Shown here piece by piece: positions 39,066 to 48,439 of a DNA stretch of 64,000 nucleotides (positions are counted from its first letter, which is position 1; each line of letters opens with the position of its first letter). Position numbers and translations under genes: made by a program. This DNA is from an uncultured Poribacteria bacterium. GTDB taxonomy: Bacteria; Poribacteria; WGA-4E; WGA-3G. The DNA is taken from assembly GCA_951813565.1 (NCBI GenBank), contig OX638351.1:5152001-5216000 (forward strand), given 5' to 3'. A model generated the notes under the pieces. That model worked only from the letters and a program-made list of their open reading frames with translations, was not told where the DNA came from and made no database searches.

Positions 39066-40346
39066 TTAGTGTGTCTCCGATACAAATTGTGAAAGGTTAC
39101 CTGTTACGTCAAATTCAAAAGGAAGGGTTTCACCGATAACCTCAAGACTTGAATGCAGTTTGGCATCTGTGAGAAGTGCCTCAGAAATGTCAAGTTCCGT
39201 TAATCTAAGCGTGCTCTCAATACGGATGACGCGTGCATTCTCCGGTTTTGTCAAGCCAATGGTGTCAAGGGCAACCTCAATTGCTTCTTGGTCAGTATCG
39301 TAGTAAAATGGAATCTTTGACTTCTGCGGTCCAAGCGCGGTAATACCGTTCATATAGGTTGCGTGTCGGTCAATCTGTTCAACGAGACGTGTTGTCGTGA
39401 AGTCTGCAAGACCGATACCTGTTGCATTGCCATCACTCTCTTCGGTGAGATCACGGACAAATATACGTAGAATTGCAGGTTTAAGAGGTTCTGGTTCAAA
39501 ATTCTGCATCATTCTGCCGATGACATTTGTATCCATACCTGTCCCACTGATATTTTTTCCTGCCCAATCCACAATCAACAGGTCAAGTTCATCAAAAGGG
39601 AGTTTTCCCATTAATGATTTTGCTTCAACAAGAAGTTCGCGTTCGGTTTGGAGGAGTTGTGTGGCAGGCATCGCCACGGCTTTGGCGGTCTCTTCATGTG
39701 CATTTTCAATGAGTCCCAACCCAAAAGCGATCTTACCAGTGTCAAGAATGAAACTGCCTGCCGCTGTGATAACGTGTTCAAATCCGTATTGAAAGAAAGC
39801 GCGATGATAGAAGTTTGCCCCTTGCTGTTTACCAAGACCGATAACCATCATTTTCATCAGACCACTCTCAATAGAACCGTTGAAATCTGTATGTGCCTTA
39901 ATGCGATTGAGCGGCACAACATGGTCTGCTTCTGCGGCATACCTATCCATGAAAACAGGCAAGTCATCTGCTCCTGCATGCTGTAAAGTGCCGAGTTTCA
40001 CGACCTCCATTGTCGCTTTTACTGGCGCGCCGATGGTCGCTTCAGTAATTCCGTAATGCTCCAATACGCTTCTTTGTCCTTCCGCGGTTGCCCCACCGTG
40101 GCTGCCCATTGCAGGAACAACAAAAGGTTTCGCGCCAATACTTTTGAGATAATCCGCAGTCGCCTTGACTGCGGTCGCGATGTTGGCTACACCACGACTG
40201 CCTGCAGTAATCGCAACAGTCTCACCAGGGCGAACAATAGATGCAGCGTCAATCCGATCTAATTCTGCGTGAATTGCTGCAGAAAGATCAGTGAGAACTG
40301 GTGCCTCAAAATGTTGTCGGACCCGTGCCATTTTTGGAAGTGCCAT
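39066..40346 (-). CDS. LarA-like / DUF2088 protein
   Basis: VAITAGSRG, VPAMGSHGGAT, NRIKAHTDF, ESGLMKM..IGLGK, GKNISGTGMD. Confidence 0.78.
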   Translation of the reverse strand: MALPKMARVRQHFEAPVLTDLSAAIHAELDRIDAASIVRPGETVAITAGSRGVANIATAVKATADYLKSIGAKPFVVPAMGSHGGATAEGQRSVLEHYGITEATIGAPVKATMEVVKLGTLQHAGADDLPVFMDRYAAEADHVVPLNRIKAHTDFNGSIESGLMKMMVIGLGKQQGANFYHRAFFQYGFEHVITAAGSFILDTGKIAFGLGLIENAHEETAKAVAMPATQLLQTERELLVEAKSLMGKLPFDELDLLIVDWAGKNISGTGMDTNVIGRMMQNFEPEPLKPAILRIFVRDLTEESDGNATGIGLADFTTTRLVEQIDRHATYMNGITALGPQKSKIPFYYDTDQEAIEVALDTIGLTKPENARVIRIESTLRLTELDISEALLTDAKLHSSLEVIGETLPFEFDVTGNLSQFVSETH

Positions 40347-40361
40347 TCGTTCTGTCCTTCT

Positions 40362-40547
40362 TATAGTAGATTTTGGAATTACTTGGGCACTCAGCGCTAG
40401 CGAGGTTAGTAAACCTCCAAATCAACGGTATGAATGCGCGTATGGCATTCACCACCTACTGGTGAATGTAAGAGGCGCAATAAATTGCGCGACTACAAAC
40501 GTCGCAAATGCCAAGAAAATGTTAACTTATTTTTATAATTCACTATA
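40362..40547. mobile_element. MITE-like element (TATAGT family) carrying REP palindromes and a CCAAATCAACG mini-insert
   Basis: TATAGTAGATT ... AATTCACTATA ends; lies between the promoter and start of the larA-like gene. Confidence 0.55.
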
Positions 40548-40590
40548 AATGATTAAATTCCTTGTCTTCTTAAACTCAACTTTGTTGGGA

Positions 40591-40619
40591 ATTTTATCAG
40601 AAACAGATTAGAAATGCAA
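40591..40619 (-). promoter_or_regulatory. Putative sigma70 promoter for the larA-like/ubiX/ubiA operon
   Basis: TTGCAT-17 nt-TAAAAT with extended TG on the minus strand. Confidence 0.5.
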
Positions 40620-40847
40620 GAAAAATCAACGCTGCACACAGAGTTATTAGTTTTAAGAATTATCAGTTACTGAGTGTTACTTAAAGTTTATATCGTCCGT
40701 CGGGTAGAGCTTGCGAAACCTATAAATCAACGGTCTGAATGCCTGTTGGCATTCCCCGGCATGTGCCTACTACTTTGCATCGCACATCTTTTTTCTAAGT
40801 TGAGACTATGGATAGAGTGATAGCGAAACCCACCTATGATACTATTA

Positions 40848-41172
40848 TAACGTGAGTTTGATAAAAGAATTCAATTTTGAATGTTGTGTTTCGTTTACGT
40901 TCATCTTGGCACCAAAATCAGAACAAGTGCCTTTGTTCCGTGAATCAACGCCAAATGCGCGTTTGGCATTTGGCGGGTGCGGTATGTCCGCTGAAGCCAC
41001 ATAGCACTCCTACGGAGCGCAAGAACTTGAAAACCTAACTTCTATAAACATAGCACGCCGCTGGCGTGCTGCAACATATTCGGCATCAAATTTGGATAGC
41101 CATGATATCGTGTTGGATTCCTCTAAATCATTAAGTCAAACTTACGTTAATATTATTATCAAACTCACGTTA
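40848..41172. mobile_element. MITE with perfect terminal inverted repeats
   Basis: TAACGTGAGTTTGATAA / TTATCAAACTCACGTTA; TTA on both flanks (possible target-site duplication); contains REP-like hairpins. Confidence 0.75.
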
Positions 41173-41251
41173 TTATAAAGTATTAACGTTTGTGATGAAA
41201 TACGCCAGAAAAACCGAAAACTGAATAACCCTGTCTTAACACAAAGTCATG

Positions 41252-41280
41252 TTGACCTAAGTATCATTATATTATATAAT
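41252..41280 (+). promoter_or_regulatory. sigma70 promoter immediately before the GNAT start codon
   Basis: TTGACC-17 nt-TATAAT; ATG follows after 6 nt; no SD. Confidence 0.65.
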
Positions 41281-41286
41281 ATATGT

Positions 41287-42147
41287 ATGGGTATTGAAGT
41301 TTTCTTTAGTGATGATGCAAGTTGGGTGATGAATGAAGCGCGTGTATTTCTCAGTTCAGAGCCAGTTGACCACAATCTAATTTTGACACTTTTGCACACG
41401 CGAATTGCACGCTGTGAACCTGGACGATACTGGGTGGCAACAAACAGTAATGAGATAGTCGGTGTTGTCGTTCAGTCTCCTCTAAACTCTCGTGTACTAA
41501 TCACACCTATGACATCCGAGGTGGTTTTCGCGGTAGTAAATGCCATATCAGACGCGAACATAGCATTGCCGGGGGTAGCAGGAGAAGCTGCAACAGCGGC
41601 ATGCTTCGCTGGAGAGTGGGCAGAGCGACACAAGTCCCCTGTGTTCCCATTTTTAGGACTCCGCCTGTATGAAGTCAATGGAGTACAGGAAGCTTCAGAT
41701 GTAAAGGGGCACTTTCGTAAAGCGGTTTTGGATGACCGAGAACTTCTTATTGACTGGGTTAGCCGCTTTTCGGTAGATATAGGAGAGAAAGAAAACACTT
41801 CTGACGATGACGAATTGCAAAAGCGCAAGATTACTTCCTCACATATTGTTGACAGTTACCTATCTGATGAACATCTCTGGTTATGGGAGGATACAGAACC
41901 CGTGTCAATGGTAGCGCGGACAACCGCTGTTGTCGGTGTTGTCCAAGTGAGACTCGTCTATACGCCACAAGAGCACCGAAACCGTGGTTACGCTACTGCC
42001 TGTGTCAGTAAAATCTCAAAACAAATTCGAGACGAAGGAAATCGCTGTATCCTCTACACCGATTTATGCAATCCAATTTCTAACGCTATCTACCGTAGAA
42101 TCGGCTATCGTGCTGTAGCCGAAGCGATTCAATACCGATTTGAGTGA
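41287..42147 (+). CDS. GNAT family N-acetyltransferase
   Basis: VYTPQEHRNRGYA (acetyl-CoA motif), LYTDLCNPISNAIYRRIGY. Confidence 0.88.
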   Translation: MGIEVFFSDDASWVMNEARVFLSSEPVDHNLILTLLHTRIARCEPGRYWVATNSNEIVGVVVQSPLNSRVLITPMTSEVVFAVVNAISDANIALPGVAGEAATAACFAGEWAERHKSPVFPFLGLRLYEVNGVQEASDVKGHFRKAVLDDRELLIDWVSRFSVDIGEKENTSDDDELQKRKITSSHIVDSYLSDEHLWLWEDTEPVSMVARTTAVVGVVQVRLVYTPQEHRNRGYATACVSKISKQIRDEGNRCILYTDLCNPISNAIYRRIGYRAVAEAIQYRFE

Positions 42148-42193
42148 GCCAATTGAATGGCTGTACTATTCTTAAAACTGATAAGGACAGACT

Positions 42194-44119
42194 ATGAAAT
42201 TGAAACTTTTCGTGCCAGGACGTATCTGCTTGTTTGGTGAACACAGCGATTGGGCAGGAGGGCATCGGCGGACCAATGCCGAGCTTGAGAAAGGTTATAC
42301 CTTAATCACGAGTACGAACCAAGGGGTCTATGCTGAAGTACAACCGCACCCCACAAACCTCATTCTGAAAACAACACTCAGTGATGGCACACGTCACGGT
42401 CCTTATACATTACCGATGGAACCAGCAGCATTGCTTGCGGAAGCAGAAAAAGGCAGTTTCTTCAGTTATGCTGCGGGCGTTGCTTATCAAATACTCACCA
42501 ATTACCGCGTCCAAGGATTAGAGATTGATAACTATCTAACAGATTTACCTGTTAAAAAAGGACTTTCTTCAAGTGCGGCTATCTGTGTATTGGTTGCGCG
42601 TGCTTTTAATCGGATATATGATCTTAAAATGACGACGCGCGGAGAAATGGAATACGCCTATCAAGGCGAGATTAAGACACCATCTCGTTGCGGCAGAATG
42701 GATCAAGGCTGTGCATATCAACACCCAATCCTAATGAGTTTTGATGGGGAAAACATTGAGGTTAAAGAATTTAATGTCCCAACAAACTTATATATGGTAA
42801 TTATAGACTTAGGTGCAGGTAAAGATACACGGCTTATATTAAAGCAGTTAAATCACTGTTATCCGTTTGCCGAAAATGAACTTCAAAAAAATGTGCAGTA
42901 CTATCTCGGTCCCTTGAGTAAAAAAATTACCGATTTAGCTCATGACGCGCTTCGCCAGGGCGATGCTGAAGCAGTTGGAAAGTTGATGACACGCGCACAA
43001 CAGGAATTTGATAAACATCTGATACCTGCATGTCCATCGCAATTGACTGCGCCTGTCCTTCACAAAGTTTTAAATTATGAACCGATTCAACCGTATATTT
43101 GGGGCGGCAAGGGAGTCGGTTCACAAGGTGACGGGTCAGCACAGTTCATTGTCAAAGACGAAGAGAGTCAAGGACGAGTCATTGAAATCATTGAAAGAGA
43201 CTTACAGATGTCTTGTCTAAAACTCGTTATTGAGGCAAGCAGACATGTGCGTAAAGCTGTTATCCCTGCGGCAGGGTTTGGCACTCGACTTTTCCCGGCT
43301 TCAAAGGCAATAAAAAAGGAGCTTTTTCCTATTATCGACAGCGCTGGACGCGCTAAACCAGCAATTATGGCAATTGTTGAAGAGGCTGTCAACGCTGGCA
43401 TTGAGGAAGTGTGTCTGATTGTGCAGAATAGAGATATAGACCTATTTGAGTCCTTCTTTAAAACACGCCCTCGTATTGAACACTACAACAAGCTAAGCAA
43501 AGAAAATAAGGCTTATTGCGATTATTTAGTAGAATTAGGCAGCCGCATTTCACTGGTCACCCAAGATGTTCAAGAAGGTTTTGGTCATGCTGTCTATTGT
43601 ACGCGGGACTGGGTCGGCAATGAGCCTTTTCTGTTAATGTTAGGCGACCATCTCTACGGTTCAGATGAACCAGACTCATGTGCAAAACAGGTCTTAGATG
43701 CTTATGAACGGGTGGGGCACAGTGTAGTCGGATTAAAAGAAACACCAATAGAAGAGCTGTCGAACTTTGGATGTGTTACTGGTGTATGGCAGGAAGACGC
43801 GTCAATGCTGTCTGTGACAGAGTTTTACGAAAAACCCGATCCAGAATATGCAAGGGAACATCTTCATGTTGATGGCATGGACGCTGACAGTTTTCTTACT
43901 GTTTTTGGTATCTACGTGATAGAACCGCAGATTTTTGGGTTTCTTGAGCAGAATATAGAACACAATTTCCGGGAGCGAGGCGAATTTCAACTCACCTCTT
44001 GCTTGGATGAATTACGAAAGACGGATGGATTTTCTGGTTATGTTGTGAAAGGGCGGCGATTTGACATCGGGCTTCCAGAGGAATATCGGCAAACCGTCAT
44101 CGGCTTTGGAAATGTATAG
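42194..44119 (+). CDS. Fusion of a GHMP-family sugar kinase and a GalU-like sugar-1-phosphate nucleotidyltransferase
   Basis: PGRICLFGEHSD, LPVKKGLSSSAA, CGRMDQ; then KAVIPAAGFGTRLFPASK..KKELFP, GFGHA, LGD, GEFQLT, FDIG. Confidence 0.85.
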   Translation: MKLKLFVPGRICLFGEHSDWAGGHRRTNAELEKGYTLITSTNQGVYAEVQPHPTNLILKTTLSDGTRHGPYTLPMEPAALLAEAEKGSFFSYAAGVAYQILTNYRVQGLEIDNYLTDLPVKKGLSSSAAICVLVARAFNRIYDLKMTTRGEMEYAYQGEIKTPSRCGRMDQGCAYQHPILMSFDGENIEVKEFNVPTNLYMVIIDLGAGKDTRLILKQLNHCYPFAENELQKNVQYYLGPLSKKITDLAHDALRQGDAEAVGKLMTRAQQEFDKHLIPACPSQLTAPVLHKVLNYEPIQPYIWGGKGVGSQGDGSAQFIVKDEESQGRVIEIIERDLQMSCLKLVIEASRHVRKAVIPAAGFGTRLFPASKAIKKELFPIIDSAGRAKPAIMAIVEEAVNAGIEEVCLIVQNRDIDLFESFFKTRPRIEHYNKLSKENKAYCDYLVELGSRISLVTQDVQEGFGHAVYCTRDWVGNEPFLLMLGDHLYGSDEPDSCAKQVLDAYERVGHSVVGLKETPIEELSNFGCVTGVWQEDASMLSVTEFYEKPDPEYAREHLHVDGMDADSFLTVFGIYVIEPQIFGFLEQNIEHNFRERGEFQLTSCLDELRKTDGFSGYVVKGRRFDIGLPEEYRQTVIGFGNV

Positions 44120-44240
44120 ATGGCTATACCACTAACGTTTTAATTAGATGAGGGTGTGCCTAAATAATTCGGATGTTAAATATGCGCTTAAAGGTAATAG
44201 GCACACGCCGTGGGTTTCCGTCCACAAATTCAAAGAGGCG

Positions 44241-44393
44241 CAGCATGCCACACGGGGAATGCCATAAGGCATTCGGACCCGCTGAATGACTAAAGACGAA
44301 TGCGCTTGGTAGAATACGCTTTTGGTATTCTACATGATTCGCCATGATTCATACCGTTGATTTCTTGATTTGGCGCATGCTGCGTTGATTTGG
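44241..44393 (-). mobile_element. 153-bp nested CCAAATCAACG mini-element interrupting a REP palindrome
   Basis: Flanks rejoin to the intact REP seen at 31907 and 40471; inverted homologue of the same length at 60039-60191. Confidence 0.75.
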
Positions 44394-44491
44394 CAATGAA
44401 TTGCGCGACTACAAACGCATTTCTATAAATCAAGCGGCACCTGGCGTCTGTCCCTGTCTGTGTTGATGCGCCAAATATTTATGCACACCTC

Positions 44492-47400
44492 TCAATTAGA
44501 TGTAGATAGCCGTTTGAGCACAACAAGTGTCAAGTCATCATACTGTTCAGCTTCTTGAACAAAACTCTGAACATCTTCAACGATGCGCTGAATTACCTCC
44601 TCAGCAGTGCATTCGTTAGGAATTTGGGCAGTCAATTCTTTGAAACGATCTGTTCCGTACATGTCGTGGTTGGCATTGAGAGCCTCAATCAGCCCATCCG
44701 TATGGAAGATAAGAACATCTCCTTCATTTAAATCAAATGTAATAGATTCATATTGCACGTTCTTCATACCTCCCAAGGGAAGATCACTATTTTCAATTTC
44801 AATAATTTCAGATCCTCTTTTGAGAATGGGGTAAGGCTGTCCACCGTTGGCGTAGTCAACACGTTTTTCGGATTCGTTGAGAACTGCTAAGTTGAGTGCG
44901 ATAAAACTGGGTCCATACATCCGGGGTGCCAATCCAGCATTGAGATCGCTCAAAATGACATCTGCATCTGATTTAAATCGGGCAACTTCATGTAGCATTC
45001 CATTTGTAAGCACAGCATTCATCGCCCCACGTATACCCTTTCCTGCCGCGTCTGCCACAGCAATAGCAGTTTGTCCGTTTGCCACAGTCAAATAGTCGAA
45101 AAAATCACCTCCTACCTGTGTGGCCGGAATTGACATCCCCGCAATATCAAATTCTTGTGTTTGCGGTGATTCAGGAGGCAAGAGTCCCATTTGGATATTT
45201 TGCGCTTCATCTAACTCAGCACGGATTCGTTGCATTTCCGCTTCTTCTTTTTCGCGCATTTCAAGACGTAGCTGCGCGGTTTGTCTTCGGTTCACAATCA
45301 ATCTAAAAAGCAGAGAACCTGCAGCTGCGAGTAAAATTAGAGAGGGTAGGTAATTCCGCCATCGGGTCCAAATAGGTTGATCAATAGTAAAATTCAAAAC
45401 CGCAGGTCGTTGTGTGTAGGGCCATCCTTCACGAAAAGCTTTTATCAAAAATGTATAACTTCCAGATTTTAAACCTTCATAGCGTATTCGCTGCATCCTC
45501 TTGACTGTACCAACATCTGGCGACAGAACCCTTTGCTCAAAAAATTGTTCAACGTTGTCCTTAAACGTGGTCTGATTACCTTGCATTTTGCCTGAAGAAA
45601 TAGTTGTCCATCTGTTGTTGTCGATCCCAATTAGCCTAAATTTGTACTCAACATCATCTCTAAGTGGACTAACGCCCTGAAAATGGATAGTAACATTTTT
45701 GAGCCCCGCAGGCAGTAGTTCTTTTATCTCAGTAAAGGTGCGTTTGCCGGATTCTGCCATAGAAGGTTCTGTGAAAGATTTTCCCGCATCAACCGAGATA
45801 ATACGACAAAACGGAAGCGCTCCAAGGCTCGCGCGATACTGCGTGGCACCGCCTTCCGTGCCAAACCAAAGTTCTTCCTCGTTAGATGCATGAATGCTTG
45901 ATACATTATTATGAATGAGACCATCTTTGGTCGTAACAGATTGGAAGGTATCACCATCATACCTTACAACGCCACCACCCCATGTAGCAAACCATAAGTT
46001 GCCCCAATGATCTTCATGCACATCGCGTAAATCATCAACAAGAAAACCGTCAGTTGTTGTGTAAGTCTTAACTTCATTGCCATTATAACGAATTGCACCT
46101 TGTGAAGTCGCTAACCAAAGATCGCCATTCGTTGCAGTAAGTGCACCTCTGACCTTATCAAGTTCAATAGATACAGCATTTTTCAACTCGGCACCTTGGT
46201 ATGTTTTGATACTGTCCTTAAAAACAAAAGTAATTAATTCTGATGATTTTTGAGAAGGTTCAACCACCCCGTTATTCTGTAGGTTTGATGCATCAGTAGA
46301 ATTTTGAACAGTCCAGAGCGGCAATCCACTCGCTGCCCCAGGAAGTTCGGTTAACGTCTTTCCGAGGTCAGGATTCTCCCAATACATTAACTGACCACTT
46401 ACGGAATTGTAAAACCATTTTACATCTTTTGCTTCAGTAATACCTAAGACCGGAATGACTGATTTAAATGGAAGCACCTCAACTTTTGGCTGGCTTACCC
46501 TACTACGAAGATTGGTGAACCGTTTTACTTCTCCAGTTTCAAAATAGCACCATAGTCGATCTTGGCTATCGGTATGCAGTGCTGTTATCACATCGGTTGA
46601 CGGTGGTAAAGATTCTGTGGTTTTAAACGGTATAATTTTTGATGCCCGATTTAGTGAGAACTGGTACAACCCATCGCTTCTTGGCAGAAAAAGCCATCCA
46701 CCTAAAACGATCCAAGGTTCAACTCCTGAAGACACGAGTGCTGAATCATTATAAATTTTTTCACCGCCTGGACCGATCTCAGCACTAATATAGAGAGAAA
46801 GCTTTTCAAATTCTCCATTCCTATAGCGGAAGATTCTGAAAAGGCTAAAACCATCTTGGTGCTGAATAGGTTTATCCAGAAACCAGATGTCGCCATCTGC
46901 CTCAAAAATTTTGATAATTTCAGGACGTCTATTTAATTCCTGATCATCAAAAGTGATCTCAATTTTTAGGCTTCCGATTTGCCCAGCAAAGTTTGTTAAT
47001 GGAATTTGATGAAGTATATCTGTTTTTGCATCGTATCTCGCGACACCACCAGGAATGCTCAACCACAGTCCGCCTGTACTATCCGAATACATCATTCGAA
47101 CACTGTTACTTCCTAAATTAGTACGTGTTGTATGATTAATAAATGCTGGTTGTTGTTCAAATGCCGTTACACCATTGTCATGACCAAACCAAATTTTACC
47201 ATCCATCCCTTCAAAAATAGTCAAGATATTATCACTACCGAGTCCATCGTCAACTCCGTAAACTTTGTGTGCCGATTCTAATGGTTCAGTAAGCGAGGAT
47301 TCCAATTGAAAGACACCAGCTGCGTTATTTTCAAAATATTTGTAATTGTATCGGTGTGCACCCGTTTCACTGGCAAACCAGAGTTTATTCCAAGCATCTT

Positions 47401-48403
47401 CAATTTCAAAGGCACCATCAAGATAGGGATCTTGATTTGTTTCCAGAGTTTTCTTTTTTAAACGTTGAAGATTTTGACCATCCCACCAACTCAATTGATC
47501 ACTATCGCTAAACCAGATTTTCCCGCGTGTATCACTCTTTACAGATACATTACTCGTTTGTAAATTACCAAGTGTTTGAGATGAAGTTGATTGTCTGTTG
47601 ATACCAGTTTCAGATTTTAATATTTCCTCAAATTGTGTGCCGTTATAACGAAGAAGGAATGATTGTCCACCAAACCAGAGATTGTCATCTGTATCTTGGA
47701 CAATCACTTGAATTGCGCGGTCTTTTGGAAGTTTCGGGAGGTTATCCAAACGTTGTAGGTTGGCAGTTTGCCAAACGTTTACGTCACCTTGAAAACGCAT
47801 AATAAGTGCGCCTTGGGCATCGTTTCCACCTATCCATATTGTCCCGTCTCGACTTTGGAAAATGACATTTACCTTCGCGACAGAAGCACCAGCGATGCTG
47901 AGTTGGAAAGGTTGCGGAGGATCTTGGCTACTTATTGCGGTGTATCGCGTTACAGTATTATTTCCACCTACCCAAATATCTCCTTCATTATCAACGGCAA
48001 GACAGGTGCCATCGCTAATATATTCAAATTCTGATTCTTTTTGATCTTCGGAAGTATTTCTTTTATATCTACTGACAATGCCTGTGCCTTCTGCTGGGTG
48101 TTTGCTTAAAAACCAAATATGTCCCCATTTATCCTCAACAATCTGTATAGTCCGACCACGGAAAGCCTCTGAATCGCCAGAGTAGGGGTCAAAAGTATTA
48201 CCGTCAAAACGGCTTACCCCGCCCCGATCAGAACCAAACCAAAGGACGCCTCGGCTATCTTGAAATATAACGGGAACTATCGGGCCTACTAAGCCATCTG
48301 CGACGGTATAGGTTTTCATCTGTTCAAAAGCTGCAACGTGTTCAGCAAATCCAAAGCAGAAACTTAATATTAAAATGGAGACAATTTTCTTCAAAAGGTT
48401 CAC
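44492..48403 (-). CDS. Membrane sensor: beta-propeller/Y_Y_Y-like extracellular region, TM helix and SpoIIE/PP2C phosphatase
   Basis: Signal peptide; repeated (E/Q)D..G.LWF and DGL motifs; VGGDFFD, VADAAGKG, HTDGLIE, DDLT. Confidence 0.88.
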   Translation of the reverse strand: MNLLKKIVSILILSFCFGFAEHVAAFEQMKTYTVADGLVGPIVPVIFQDSRGVLWFGSDRGGVSRFDGNTFDPYSGDSEAFRGRTIQIVEDKWGHIWFLSKHPAEGTGIVSRYKRNTSEDQKESEFEYISDGTCLAVDNEGDIWVGGNNTVTRYTAISSQDPPQPFQLSIAGASVAKVNVIFQSRDGTIWIGGNDAQGALIMRFQGDVNVWQTANLQRLDNLPKLPKDRAIQVIVQDTDDNLWFGGQSFLLRYNGTQFEEILKSETGINRQSTSSQTLGNLQTSNVSVKSDTRGKIWFSDSDQLSWWDGQNLQRLKKKTLETNQDPYLDGAFEIEDAWNKLWFASETGAHRYNYKYFENNAAGVFQLESSLTEPLESAHKVYGVDDGLGSDNILTIFEGMDGKIWFGHDNGVTAFEQQPAFINHTTRTNLGSNSVRMMYSDSTGGLWLSIPGGVARYDAKTDILHQIPLTNFAGQIGSLKIEITFDDQELNRRPEIIKIFEADGDIWFLDKPIQHQDGFSLFRIFRYRNGEFEKLSLYISAEIGPGGEKIYNDSALVSSGVEPWIVLGGWLFLPRSDGLYQFSLNRASKIIPFKTTESLPPSTDVITALHTDSQDRLWCYFETGEVKRFTNLRSRVSQPKVEVLPFKSVIPVLGITEAKDVKWFYNSVSGQLMYWENPDLGKTLTELPGAASGLPLWTVQNSTDASNLQNNGVVEPSQKSSELITFVFKDSIKTYQGAELKNAVSIELDKVRGALTATNGDLWLATSQGAIRYNGNEVKTYTTTDGFLVDDLRDVHEDHWGNLWFATWGGGVVRYDGDTFQSVTTKDGLIHNNVSSIHASNEEELWFGTEGGATQYRASLGALPFCRIISVDAGKSFTEPSMAESGKRTFTEIKELLPAGLKNVTIHFQGVSPLRDDVEYKFRLIGIDNNRWTTISSGKMQGNQTTFKDNVEQFFEQRVLSPDVGTVKRMQRIRYEGLKSGSYTFLIKAFREGWPYTQRPAVLNFTIDQPIWTRWRNYLPSLILLAAAGSLLFRLIVNRRQTAQLRLEMREKEEAEMQRIRAELDEAQNIQMGLLPPESPQTQEFDIAGMSIPATQVGGDFFDYLTVANGQTAIAVADAAGKGIRGAMNAVLTNGMLHEVARFKSDADVILSDLNAGLAPRMYGPSFIALNLAVLNESEKRVDYANGGQPYPILKRGSEIIEIENSDLPLGGMKNVQYESITFDLNEGDVLIFHTDGLIEALNANHDMYGTDRFKELTAQIPNECTAEEVIQRIVEDVQSFVQEAEQYDDLTLVVLKRLSTSN

Positions 48404-48439
48404 AACAAACCACCTATAATAGTTTGGCGATATAGAGAT

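Noticed and set aside
44160..44345. 61-aa ORF
   Set aside because: Lies across the nested repeat element and has no recognisable motif.
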